DNA from: Phoronis australis | Taxonomy: Eukaryota; Animalia; Phoronida | Reading direction: 5' to 3' | DNA length: 64,000 nt | Assembly: GCA_002633005.1 (NCBI GenBank) | Contig: NMRA01000484.1 | Location: 186,001-250,000 of the forward strand | In this document: piece by piece, positions 1 through 12,800 of the stretch | How positions within the stretch are numbered: the stretch's first letter is position 1 | Layout of the letters: each line of letters starts with the position of its first letter | The notes under the pieces: generated by a model | Seen by the model: the letters and a program-made list of their open reading frames with translations, nothing else | What the model was told of the DNA's origin: nothing | Databases searched by the model: none | Position numbers and translations under genes: made by a program

Positions 1-373
1 ACATTTTTTTATATTCAGACGAAACGATCACCTTCACGAGCACTGCTAATGAACTGTGTGCAAATTAAAATCAAAGTTGCAACTATCTAAGCCGAGACTG
101 AACTAATAGATATCTGATAAACATGCTCCGGTAGAGTATGAAAAAGGTAGCACAACAAACATTTTTTCTGAAATTATCGCAGCGCAAATCTGCACAGTTA
201 CGAGGACTGAAGATGATGACAATGTTGGTTAACCAGCACATACTTTAGATACCAAAAGCAAGCTAAAATTAATGCTGAATGCAGAAGGTTCTTCTGGTCA
301 AGGTGATTTTTTTAATTTCCCCTGTGACATTTAAACACAGTCTAGACTGATAATTCCGCAAGAAAAAACTCAC

Positions 374-459
374 TGTTCACAAGTAGTGGCTTCAGCTAAG
401 CCAACCGTGGCACCGGCTTCTGGTGGAGTAGCAGTTTTTTCACAGCAGAGCTTTTTTAC
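374..459 (-). other. Putative spliceosomal exon (86 nt) of a minus-strand gene; coding or 5'UTR
   Basis: On the minus strand the acceptor is ttcattttcag| (CAG at 462-460) and the donor is |gtgagt (373-368). The segment is GC-richer than its flanks. Only one frame is open (VKKLCCEKTATPPEAGATVGLAEATTCE), with no recognisable homology. Confidence 0.5.
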
Positions 460-1518
460 CTGAAAATGAACGGACAGGTAAATTCATAATTACGTGTGCA
501 GTGAAGACATTTCAAAACAAAAGGGAGTGTCGCCCTTTAAGTACTAATGGTGGATATTCACAAATTTATAAAAATAATACAGACTCCAATTAAAATCACT
601 ACGACTATTTGGGAACAAAAATGTGGATGACCCTTTTTGTAAGCTAACTGTGACTGTTGGAAAAAAGGAATATTAACCTGAAACTGAATAATAGCAAATT
701 CACTTTCTTTCCTTAGACATATAATCAAATAAAAAGTTTACATAGCGCTGAAACACATTGAGCCAATGGCAAGCACTTTTCCGTGAAAAAAATCCTCAAT
801 ATAAACTTCCATACAAAAATATAAAGAGTATCGTGAAGACAAAATACTCTTAACCTATTCTAGCAATGTCTAGATCTATACAAACGTCAATCATCAATAG
901 ATACCCGTGGCTTTGAAAAACCGCAGGTCGGTTGTGAACAGCATTGACAAAAATTATAATACAGCTAGTCATTAGGACAGGACATTGAATTTTTAAACTA
1001 GACCACCAATGTTCCACAGATGACTGGCAAACCATAATGGCTGAGCGGGTGGCTGGTCCCAACAAGTCTATCCAATTAAAGGGAGGACAATGCAAAAAAT
1101 GATTTCTGCAAAAAGCGTGCTAATCTGCCCCGGAGATGTTGGGACGGAATTCCCACAGCAGAGCAAGCTTCTAGTTCAGGTCCATACCAGATGCCTGGAT
1201 AATAAAAACTTAAATGTGATGTGACCTTTCAAGCAATTGTGACTTAGGCAGCTATGAACCAAGCAGGAAAGCTACCCGGCAAAATCCTCAGGAACTTGGA
1301 TGGAACAAATCACAAAAGAGAAGAAGAGGTATTTTTCGGATAATCAATCTGGGTACATTTTTACCTTTGCAAGCAATTGTCTTTCGGATGCTCATTAAGA
1401 GTGACACTACTCTCTCTCTAAGATATTTCAAGTCAATGGCGACTTGTATAAATCTTTCTTTCAAGTAAATAGTAATTCCCAGAGCCAACACATAGGCTCA
1501 GACATGTGCTTAAATCAC

Positions 1519-1983
1519 GTCCCTAATATGCACACCTTGACCCCGACAGTTAACAAATCTCACACAAAAGTCCAGTTTAGAAATCAACTTTTAGCCCAGC
1601 ACAACTGACATGGAGCAAATTGATCAGTGTCAAGTGTCCGTTTACACACACAACTCACTAACTGGCAAGACAGAAATTGTAGGCTGGCATGTGGACCAAA
1701 CATGCGCAGGTTTACAAATGACGGGAGATGAAGAGACAGAGAACTTGTATTTAGGTCATTACACAAGCGCAGTAGAGATGATCCTTTCCACTTTGCCCCA
1801 GTTTCGCGTAAAGACATATAATTGACACGGAGCAAGATGTTTTAGCACAAATTGCTCTACCTCACAAACGGGTGGACAAAGCGTCGTTTACACTACAAAA
1901 GTTGACACGGATCAGCTGACACGGAACGAGTTGTTCCAGCGCAAGTATGTGTGTAAATGGGACTAAAGACATTAAGATCAGGT
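1519..1983. mobile_element. Degraded PIF/Harbinger-like MITE
   Basis: Imperfect terminal inverted repeats gtccctaatatgcacaccttg ... caagtatgtgtgtaaatgggac. Internal repeats of cgtttacac and ttgacacgga. No clear TSD. Confidence 0.35.
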
Positions 1984-2506
1984 ACAGGTACCGTACAATT
2001 CCAGGTTAACACCCTTGTGCAGCTCAACGCCAACACTAAATGCCCAGTTAAATTCTAAGGCATGGTTTAACACTCATAGCTGATTTATACGAATGAAGAA
2101 TTACGAGAACATTCTCCCATCTCTGTGACAGGCCAACTCACAAGCACATGAATTTTAGCCACCTATAACTGCATAATTCACATACCTTTGACTAACAAAT
2201 AGAATAGGTTTCGATGCATCTAACCTATTTCAGGTAGAAAAAATATTCCTATTCTCCTGTAATGTTTTATTCCGTTATGTTTTGTTTGACAATGAGTACC
2301 AATTTGTTGCTCATTAATCAGTGGAAAAAACTACATGGTTCTCAAGACCCCTATAAGTGACTGTTACTATACATAAATAAAGCTAGCTCCCTGGCCATTT
2401 ACCTGAATCAACTGTCCAGCCAAACACCCAACTCCCAATTTCTCAAAAAAATTAAAACCCAAGCTCTGCTTAACACTGGCACATCCTGATTTTAGAGATC
2501 CACAAT

Positions 2507-2543
2507 TTAAGCGCCCTGGGCTTTGATCCCGGTGAGTACGGTA
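2507..2543 (+). mobile_element. Solo right terminus of the Tc2/pogo-like family
   Basis: taagcgccctgggc...ggtgagtacgg-ta resembles the right end of the 19509-20950 element (taagcgcccagggc...ggcgaatacgg-ta). Confidence 0.45.
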
Positions 2544-3222
2544 GTTGTCCCTGTTCAGCCTCCTAGGGGACCCCCTGCTTAGCTACAATTGCCAACATCT
2601 ATTAACAAAACATAGTTGAGCAGGTACAGGTATCTGGGGTCTTTCAAAACCATAATTGTTGGGCTACCTTTGAAACTAATATTAGAATATTTTTTACCTT
2701 TTGTTTTAATGTAAGGATTCAACAAACTAATAAAAATATTACAATACAAAACGATATTACATTACAAAACGTTAAACAACAAAAAGTCCAAGTAATTTAG
2801 ATCCGTGTCCTAAATCAAGGACAACTTGTAATTTTTGGTCTCCCTATAGAATACAAATTAGTGTTTTTAAGGAAAGAAATGTGCTCCAATAGGAAAAGGC
2901 AGTGTCAAATAAGACTAATAAAAATGTCACTTGGTCAACTGTAGTGTGTCAACTATTGAAGAAACTATGCGACCGACCAAACAGAAAAAATGATTGGTCC
3001 AATCCAGTAAAGGATGAAAGCTAGTGCATAAGATTGTAGGGACATAAACACATCTGTTTAAAATAACTCAACAGGCAGGACTGAAAAAGCAATTTGTGTA
3101 AAACAAATTAGGGGGATAAACCACCATAAAAATAGAACTCAGTTTTCCAAACTAGAACTCAGTCTTGAGCCCATTTTCCACCAGCAAGTCGAGAATCAGG
3201 TTAAACAGGTTTGATGAAGAAA

Positions 3223-3366
3223 AGTCAGAACAATACATGTTATGTTTAGGTACAAGCCACCCCAAATAAGAGTCAGAACAACACACGTTATCTTTAGGTG
3301 CAAGCCACCTCAAATAAGAAGAGTCAGAACAATGCATATTACCTAAAGGTACAAGCCACCCCAAAT
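3223..3366. repeat. Minisatellite, 3 copies of a 48-51 bp unit
   Basis: Units start at 3223, 3271 and 3322. Consensus is agtcagaacaa-(n)-tta-(n)-aggtacaagccaccccaaataag. Confidence 0.9.
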
Positions 3367-5985
3367 GCAGTAAGCTGAATTTTGTTAAGCTTGTAAAAGG
3401 TGAACCCACTTCTGGTGACTAACGTTTGGAGGAGACCTAGGTCACCCTCAAATGCAAATATATATTCGGCCCTAAAATCCAGTCAGCATGTTTGCATAGC
3501 ATTTTATACCGAAAAAAAAAACACGAACCGTAGGTGGCAGTAAAACTTACATAACCGTTCTTCTTGAAAAACCATTGGCTACGACAAAAAATGGTTCGGC
3601 CAAAGCCAGAGTAGGACAACCAAAATTAACTTCACTATTAGCTGAGTGACTGCAGCTTATGGAAAAATAGCATGTTACACAATTTGTTAACGTTTCAGTG
3701 TTGGTTGTATGCGTATGTATGTTCAGTCGTGGCTTTTGACCTCAGAAAACCACCAGAAAAGAATTAGGAAGAAAAGAAAAGTCATTCACAACATTTCTGT
3801 CTTCAGTCCTTCTCGTTTATGTTATGAGGGTCTGAACTGGTGGTGTTTAGTTACAGTTATATGAGAAGCATCACCTGACCTGTCTCCCACATGACATTGT
3901 TAACCTTTTGTTCAATCAAAAATTCAATACAATACACTTGGCTACAGTATTTTGTGCAAAATCCACTGAACACACAGCGCAGTTTCTTCCATAGATGACA
4001 TTTGCATAAAATTCATAAAACAATGAGTATGCCCTGCAGTCATTCCACATAGGGATTTAAATGCAGGGTTTTCAATATAAGAACTATAAAATCAAGCGGT
4101 AAAGCCATCAAAGCGAAATGTCTTAAAATTCAAGAGTAGGAATAGACCCTAATAGATATAGCACTCTTAAGAGTTGAACACGTTCCAAAATAGCTAATAA
4201 GCCAAGTTAACAAAGGCAGAGTCTGAAAGCGATAATTTAAACAGATTTTAATTACCTAAATTAATTAACACAAAGCTGTCACAGGAAAAAACTAAGACAC
4301 CAGTAGTCAACAGGCCTGTATTTGAACATGTTAATGATATGTTAATTAGGCACTATCTGTCAAGCCCTTGTGTTTACGCTATGCTCTCGACAGGGCACTA
4401 TTGGCTGAGTGACAAGGCTTTTTTGCCCAATTTGTTTAAACATTTTTCACGCTCACTAATCAATAGGGAAGCGCCCAACTGGCGGGGATGACAGCTTTTA
4501 ATCCACTTCAAAATAATCAACGACTACAAGTTAAACACAAGCCAGATCTCACACTAAGCCAGTAATTCACCTTGGTGGACAATCATTTATGATGGACAGA
4601 GAACATTCATTTGATAGATGGAAATTGCTGCTCAGCGTAGCATAATCGTTACAAAATAGCCAAGGAAATTAACCATTTCACATTGAATTACGCTCATTAC
4701 TATGCATTACTCGAGATGATCAAATTGTAGGAAACACTATAATCAAAAATGTATTGATGATATCTCAAACAGTATTTTTTCCAAAGTCAACGAAATAATA
4801 AGGCTGGTTGAAAACAACTGTATGGAATACATTCTTGTAAAACAACTATTTAAAAGGGCAATAAACCCTCCCCTTCCGACAAAATCAGCTTTTGCTTGAG
4901 CTCACTTACTGCGAAGAAATCGAACTGGTCTAGTTCCTTGCCGAGATTGGAAATGATTTCTTAGTTTCAGAAGATCTGACAGCTGTTGCTACAAACCCAA
5001 GAGGACCATGAGGTTTTTTGTCCCCAAAGTATTACGGCAACTTGCTCCATTTAATTTGCACAAAACCATCATTTTGCATTTTCAAGGACGGATGAATTTG
5101 TTACAAGTAATGGAAACTTTACTGTGTTATTTTACAGCATCTACACAGCACAAACCATGATTGTAACAGATTAAAATGGTCTTTGTTTTTTCTTTTTGTG
5201 GAAAATTTGTACAAACTGTAATCTTGCTTGTCGGCCATATTGTTTACTAAATATGTCAAGAATTGCTGTATGGATGTCGAATTCCACGCAACTTATCATA
5301 ACAGATTTTAATTCAAACAACTGACAGGAATAAAAATGACGAAAAATTTTTGGCAGGAAATCAACCAAATACATTGTTCTCTGCGTAATCACTTTAAAGT
5401 CCTCAAAATACATCCTAATTTTCTCAACAAAAAGTATGGGATCAGTTCTCAAAGTGACAGCAAAGATTTGACCTAGAAACACATCAGCACACTCTTCTAC
5501 TAGCAGAGTATAGCAAGTCAAGGCATCAGGACATACCTTCTCAGTTATCAGCCAAGTAATACAAATCTACCTTGTAAACTAAGCTGTTAACAGACACCAA
5601 GAACATACGTACCGCAGGTACATTAACAGAATCAACTAGGGTAACACAAATGCAACTACGGAAACGGACGTTCCAGAAAGTTCTAATCCTGCACTATGGA
5701 GTTCTTTATAACTAACTGCCACTTAATGTTATGTCAAACCTTATTCAGTGGCCTCCATTCTAACTTGTATATAAAAAACTAAGCTTTGTCAACTAGTAAA
5801 AGTATAAATTTTCTGAAAGAAAAAGGGTCAGGGAATATAAAAATGTTTGTATTTTTGTACCACTATTGTTACGGTAACACCTTTTCTAAGATGAAATGTC
5901 ATTTTAAGAAAGGTACATTCATAGCAAAATAACTCTTCAGTTAATTTCAATGAATTTAAACCTTTTTAAATGATAACTTCACCAG

Positions 5986-6149
5986 TTATCTCAAAAACAC
6001 TGTTAGGAATTTTCGATTCGTCTCAGTATGACATATCAACTTACAAAACGAAAGGTATTTTTGTAAAAATAGAAGTCGTATTCGTCTTTGTTACATTACG
6101 CAAAAACTAGGCCTTTATATAGAAAATCCCAACAGCATTTTGAGATTAA
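5986..6149. repeat. Internal inverted repeat of a degraded MITE
   Basis: ttatctcaaaaacactgttaggaatttt (5986-6013) is the approximate reverse complement of aaaatcccaacagcattttgagattaa (6123-6149). Similar aaatgataact and cactgttagga motifs occur in the 38.45-38.9 kb element. Confidence 0.5.
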
Positions 6150-6408
6150 TGAATTAATATTAAGTTAATAAAGTTTCCACGAAAAACACTAAGCCGCAAG
6201 AACTCATATTCCTAAGTTCAAATTAAGTCAATTTTCAGAAGCCTAGAAAAACCCGATTAAATGAGTCTTCAGATCATCATTCGGTGAAAACTTGATTTCG
6301 GTCAAAATAACCTACACATGCCTACACCATGTTAGCTATTTCAACACATACTCGCAATGTCAACCGAATTTGCAGTGCATGATTAACTTAATAATCGTTA
6401 AAACGTAC

Positions 6409-6900
6409 CGTCCTCAGCCAAGAGGTGGAATCAACTGTTACTGCTGTTTGTTATACACAGTCTAACACCAAACCAAGTAAGAAATGGAAAACAGAAATCG
6501 ATTCGGTGGTTAAAGCATATTGTTAGCACAAGATCGAAACAGCGAAATGTCAAACGACTTATTGAATAAAGGAATTTGGGTGAAAATTTATCTCATTTCA
6601 AAATTTGCTGTGTTTGTGAGGCGATTAGTAGAATTCGTTCTCACATGCATGTAAACGCACAACTTCCACAGGATCAAAACTGCGTTGTTTTTGCTTTCCC
6701 TGGCATCGTTCTATCATACGTACACCTACTTGACTCAATATTATGGCGATTCGGTGAATGAGAGGACTGAGGGTACATTACGAAGCTGCTTTGTACCTGG
6801 CGGGAGATTCAATTTGAGTGACAGTCTTGTAACCTTTGACCTCCGATGAGAAGTAAACAAATTTCCACGCAATTGCGCAGTTCCAAGGTGGTTATGCTAA
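6409..6900 (-). promoter_or_regulatory. Possible alternative first (non-coding) exon and promoter of the minus-strand gene
   Basis: Minus-strand donor acg|gtacgt at 6408-6403 and locally raised CpG. Upstream motifs: DR1-like taacctttgacct (6830-6842) and Fox-like gtaaacaa (~6853). No acceptor seen. Confidence 0.25.
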
Positions 6901-6977
6901 ATCTTTTTTACTTGCTACGCGGTATATATCTAGTAATTGAAGTTCCCCGAGAATGAAAATAAGGTATTTTGCTCGAC

Positions 6978-7472
6978 ACAAGGCTTGGAATGACCAATGA
7001 CAAAAAAGCGGAAATTTTCATGGCCCAAAAGGTGCGCGCACCCAGCCTTGAAATTGTCGGTGTGGACCCCTTTTGCCGACAAATATCGGGGTGAAAAAAA
7101 AACGGTACCACCTCCGGAAGCGTGCGTCTACGTCTTTTTAGCTCGTTCATCCACTCCCACTTCACACTTTAGCTGTAGAGTCGTAGTATTTGTCATAGCG
7201 GTTTACAATCACACGAGACGCCATTGCAGAAAACCACCGCGCTATCCCAGATGTCACGGCAATGTTGACAATTTACGTTCCTCCGCAACATAAAGAGCAA
7301 CTTCCGCTTTTCGAGGTGAAAGTCATCGGCAACGCCGCAGCAAGGAAGAGATTTGCCACAGAAATTTTATATCAAATCCGATTTTTTTTACGCGGAAATA
7401 TAATAACATACGCGGACAGAACATTTGAAAAAAGCGGAAATCTGCGTTTTCGCGGAAAATTCCAAGCCTTGT
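6978..7472. mobile_element. Non-autonomous hAT-like MITE (~490 bp)
   Basis: Perfect 14-bp inverted repeat acaaggcttggaat (6978-6991) / attccaagccttgt (7459-7472). Repeated subterminal gcggaaa motifs at both ends and a CpG-rich interior. Degenerate 8-bp flanks ctcgacac / gtagacac are compatible with a hAT TSD. Confidence 0.75.
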
Positions 7473-9860
7473 AGACACTTGTTAAATATTGTAAAAATTA
7501 CCAATTTTTGTGATTAAGGATTGAGATAACCTTAAACGTACACATCATTGTTTCTAAAATTCTAACTACATGAGTAATTATGTAGATTACCTGTTAGGCT
7601 AAACGAGGGTAAGGCGGAAATTGTCGCTCTGTGCGTGGCAATCAGCGCCTAATGAGAGTATAGCACGCAAAAAAAAAACAGCTGATAATTACTTCGGCCC
7701 TACCCCACTTTTGCAGCCATACAGCGATTTGGTGGCGCAAGTTACCCTTAGGAACACGTTACCCCACCTCCATAATGTGGAGTAAGTTGTCGTAAGTGGG
7801 ATAAGGTGCAGTACTTTAACTAGCATCCAGACAAACCTAGCGACAACTTGTCCCAGGAGCAACTTGTCATAAGGTATAGTCTGTGTATGGACAGCACGTT
7901 AAACTTGTAACAGAGGAGTGGGTTGTAAAGAGTAAAGCCAGGTTAAGGTTTCACACAAGCTTTGGTACTCAATAACGAGATCTTCCCTGAGCAGAAGCTC
8001 AAACATGGACCAAACTGCACATCATGTTTTTATGTCCCATTCTTGCTCTCAGTCAATTCACAAAAACTAAAGGTTACTCATTATTTTAACCTGCTGAGCA
8101 TGACAATTTTGTTTTTACTGTAAAATAATAACCAATAAGTATACACAACACTAATTCAATCATTTACCTTGCAAAGCAGACAAAACTTCGGTTTTCCATA
8201 CACAGCTCAAGATTTTCAACACAGCTGGGTGCTTTTCAAACATGGAGCTAGCATTTCAAACGTGGTACAACATCAATGTTTGTTAATCAAGGGAGAAAAC
8301 TGAAACAATGATGTTGAAATAGTCCCTTGCTGACAGTAGAAGTTTTAGTGATGTTATCGCCAGGTGGCGCTAGTGCAAAAACGTATGCACGCATATTTTA
8401 AAACTTAATGAAGGAGACTATCAAATACCACATTAGATGGAATTGTTTATAGCAGTAGAATAGGGAGCATTGGTATAAAATAATACCAAACAATAATGCT
8501 ATTGCCAACATCTGCCAATACTTTCGACGAAACCTAAGTTATGCTGTCACACTTCGTCGAAGCATCGACGAATTGCTGTTAAATATACTTAATTACCACA
8601 AAGAACTAATGATTTTAACTTTGATACAGGACTGAAGTTAGCTTTTCACAGACCAACACTCTCCAAGACAATGACATATCAACAACGGTGTGAAAGACTC
8701 TTAGTTATTGGTCGCAAACCGCTGTTTGTTACAAAGATACCGCAGTGGAGGTAAAATTCCATAGACTATCAGACAACAAACGATCTTTAATCTACTTAAC
8801 CATACACAGCTAATTAGCAGGTGTTCAAGCTGTACAAAAGATCAAATAATTATGAAAATTTATGAAAATTTGGTTAGCAAAAGGTCAACAACAAACCATG
8901 GAAGCCACATCCTTAAAACTACCAAGTTTTTACTCAGATTAGGCATGTCATAAACTAAAGGAACGGTCAGGTGGTGAAGTCTGGCTCATTAGGCTGATTT
9001 CTCAGATGATTACTATTGATTCAAAATAAGCCATTGTTTAGGGCAGTGACAGGTGATTGTTACAAGACATGCATAATTGAACATGTTAAATCATGGTTAT
9101 AACTGCCATTTACAGACCAGCAATGATTTTACTAGCAGTGCACTCTAAAATCTCGTTTACACTGAAGTTTGGAATCGATTTACTTTAAATGGATTTATCT
9201 CGATCGGCTTACGTTGATGCCTCTGCCCTAATACAATACGAAAACCAAATCAGTTCAGACACTTTGCCAGTTGCACTTCTCACCTTCCTTTTATATTAAT
9301 GGGGGGAGCAATTATTTCCCACCTCTTAGTTGTTTCATAAAGTTTGGGGGGGGGGTAATCCCATGATGACGGCGAGGTGATTGAAGGGAGGGGTACGGCT
9401 TTGAGAAAATCATACACAAAGGGAGATACGGTAAACCCTTCCAAACTTGGACCCCTTCACTTCATCAGCATGTCTGTTGATTGCTGCCCAATTTTCATAA
9501 GACTGTAAAAGCAGACCAAAAGTACATTTTAAGAAAATAACCGAAGCTGTCCAAGCAAGGTCAAAGCTACATTGCCCAACTGCTATTTCCAAGGTTGAAT
9601 TAATAACAAAACCAACAGAAAGCACAAATCCTAAGCTGAACAATCATTACCTATTTCCTTTATAAATTGATATACCCGTAAGTACATGTGACCATCACAA
9701 TCTATGGCTAAATATAGCAGAACCAAAGATTTCATGCCACAAGTAGAACTTTTTTAAAACTCGTGACATGACTCTTAACATGACTCATAACAAAATGAAG
9801 TTTACTTTTGTGCCACTTCCCAGAATCATAGTACTTAAGCAACTGGCTAGGGCTTACATT

Positions 9861-9895
9861 TACTGTACTGCACTGTACTGTACTGTACTGTACAG
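9861..9895. repeat. (TACTG)n microsatellite
   Basis: tactgtactgcactgtactgtactgtactgtacag, 7 units, with more degenerate units to ~9927. Confidence 0.85.
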
Positions 9896-12800
9896 CCAGA
9901 AAAAAACATGTACTGTACTACAGTGCAATCTGCCACTTATCTGCATGAAATGTAGAAAAAACTACTGGGCTCTTCAAACAATGAAGGTCAATATTTCAAA
10001 ACACAGCTCAAGGGGTACTATGAACATTTAGTCTTAGAAGCATGTTTGAACAAATAGCCAAAACACTGCTACAGCGTGTTAGGGTAAGCTCAAAAATAGA
10101 AGCCCTAATTCCTGTCACAAACGTAGACTTTCAGAAAATCCCCAGCACACTCAATTACAAATGAATATTGCTGGAGCTAGGATACATGGATCTTCAGATT
10201 CCTCCCAATGAATGGAAATCGGAAGCAACAGCAAGATTTACATTACAAACAGCACACGTCTAATACATTACCTCAGAAAAGGAAGTTTGCAAAATCTAAG
10301 AGAAACCAATTTTCAAGATTCTTGCAACAGACGATGAAGAAAATTGGGAAACGTAACTTACGAGACTTGTCACATGTACTGGTAGTAAGGAGGCCAGTCA
10401 TAAACAACACCACATAGCAGAGGTGTAAACACAACTCTTTTCAAACTCATCAAAATACTCCACAGTCACTTCAAATTGCTAAACAGTTGTCATTAGGCAC
10501 CATAACTTTCACAAAACGGCCTCTCTCAGCCTAACTAGATGGACCAACCTACCTTGCTTTCTACTGAAAAACCAGAGAAGCACAACCAAAATTACTACGC
10601 TTCTTTTTAAGCCTGTCTCTCTGTGTGACCTATACAGACAACAAAAGCCAGTAGAGTGAATCGAGTAGAGGTTAAGGAAGTATTATTTTGACAGAATTAA
10701 TTTCATTCATGAGCTGATCGCTCCCTATTCTAAGCCATTCAACTGGCGATGAATGCAGTTCAAACAGCGGTCTGAGACCAGCGCGTTTTTATAACCAACG
10801 AGTTTTGCAGCAAACAATAACCACCCACAATACACGGTCACGGGTGTGTGGTTGATAGGGAGGTGTATATTTGCGCGGGGTCTACCAGGGTCTATGGGTG
10901 GCCTTGTGGTCAATGAATAAATGGTTGAAGAGGCACCCTACAAGGAGAAGTCATTCATGTGTCAAAATAATCACACACTTGGCCAGTGCTAACTGTATTT
11001 GACTTGTTTGTTTCCTACTGGCAGATTTAAAATAAAATTATTAATGGATCAAGACCTCATTGAACATGAGCAGAATATAAAAACAATCGACAGATAGAAT
11101 ATACTACCAAAATGAATATGATCGACTTGAAGGTTGAAACAATTATTAGTACAGTGGCAGTCAGGCAGCTCAATAATACCACTTCTTTGTACAGAAATAA
11201 CCCTGATTAAAAACTCTTTAGCACATTTTTCCAACACGGTATCAATAATTGCATCAATCCTGTCTTGGCAAGCAACAACAGCGTCAAGAGCATTAACGCT
11301 AAATTGCCTAACAGTGCATAAAGATTTAATTAAAAAACCATGGAAATATTCAGTGGCAAGACGACTCAGCTGTCAGTGAGTGAATAGGGGGATAATTAAA
11401 AAGAAACTAGTTTTGAGCATTTTCCTCTGAGAGATGTGTTAATTAGGTCTAAATTATTCGGCTATCATCATCTCACCTATCATCTGGTGCTATTCAGCAA
11501 GTGGCAAAGGATTTTAGACACCAAAGAAAAAACTTTTAACCCAGTTTTAATTAAAGCATACTGTAGTCCATTTTCTGGTCAAGGTATTTTTTTTACTGTC
11601 TAATAAATGTAAGGGAGAAACGCTGACAATAATTTTTTACAAGTTTGTACAAGAAGTTGCCAACCACTTAATCAAGGTCATTTCAAGGTTGTTGATTCTC
11701 TGTCAAATAGTTGAGAACCTTGAATACCACCCTTGTTTTCTGGGCAATTACTCCAGAGCATATTAATCATCAGACTAATCAAGACAAGATGAATAATGTG
11801 ATAAAAACCCTTGTTGTCATGGCCATTGTAACTGGTGACAATGGCGTCTAGACGAATAAAAAAGAAACGATAATCACAGTCAAAAATCAGCGCGTTCACC
11901 CATACTGCCTCCAGTCCCCCCCGGCAACAATAAGCCAGTGTCATGGGACTACGGACTATTCACTACCAACCAAGAAGGCCCCACCACTCCCAGCAGTCAG
12001 GGTTATAGCAGATTGGTTGTTGAGAAAATAAAAATATTGATGTCACCTCCAGCTACTTGAATAACGACCCTGTCGTTGGGAAACACGTTCAGCCTGAAAC
12101 AACAGTCTCGATGCCCCAGGGGACAATGACCCTGAATTCTCATTCAGCCGCAGTGCATGTAAGGGTTCAAGGTACTGTGAACCCACCTCTGGAGTTTGGC
12201 GAGTTTCCCAACTCAACAAAGTCCTCAAATGTAACTGCTCTACCAATCATTGTCACAAACCAAACCACACCAATTGTGATCTTGTGAAACTGGTACGAAT
12301 GATGTCATCACCAACACTGTGACTTGCAAATGTGTTTCAAGACTCCTGGGTACCTAGCATCTGACTAATGCTTTACTATGTATACCATCTACACTACAAC
12401 GACCATTAGACAATGTTTGTAATTGTGGGCATTCACAGCACGGTTAGAAGTCTTTCAAAAATGAAAATGAAAAAAGGACAATTTCAGCTGCAATGATTTT
12501 TATCTTTAATTCATTAGTTTCACCGTATTTTTTACCATTTGGGAGACCAGTAAAGCTTGTGAAAACTGGAAACGACAATTTCATATTATAATTAGTTCAG
12601 TTCAACAATGAAGCTGTGAATTTTCAAAACAGTGCAATTTAAATAAAATGACTCAAGTCTTCTCTTAAAATAAAAATGCAGGCAGTCTCGCAGTACTTGA
12701 TAGTGGCGGCCATGTAATTACATTGTGGAATTAATTAATTTTTTAAGAAAACACCTGTAAACTAACGTGAAAAGCTTATGCACAGACTTGAACCAACCTG

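Noticed and set aside
9848-10107. hAT-like element with tagggctt / aagcccta ends
   Set aside because: Only 8 bp of inverted match, and the flanking 8-mers do not form a TSD.
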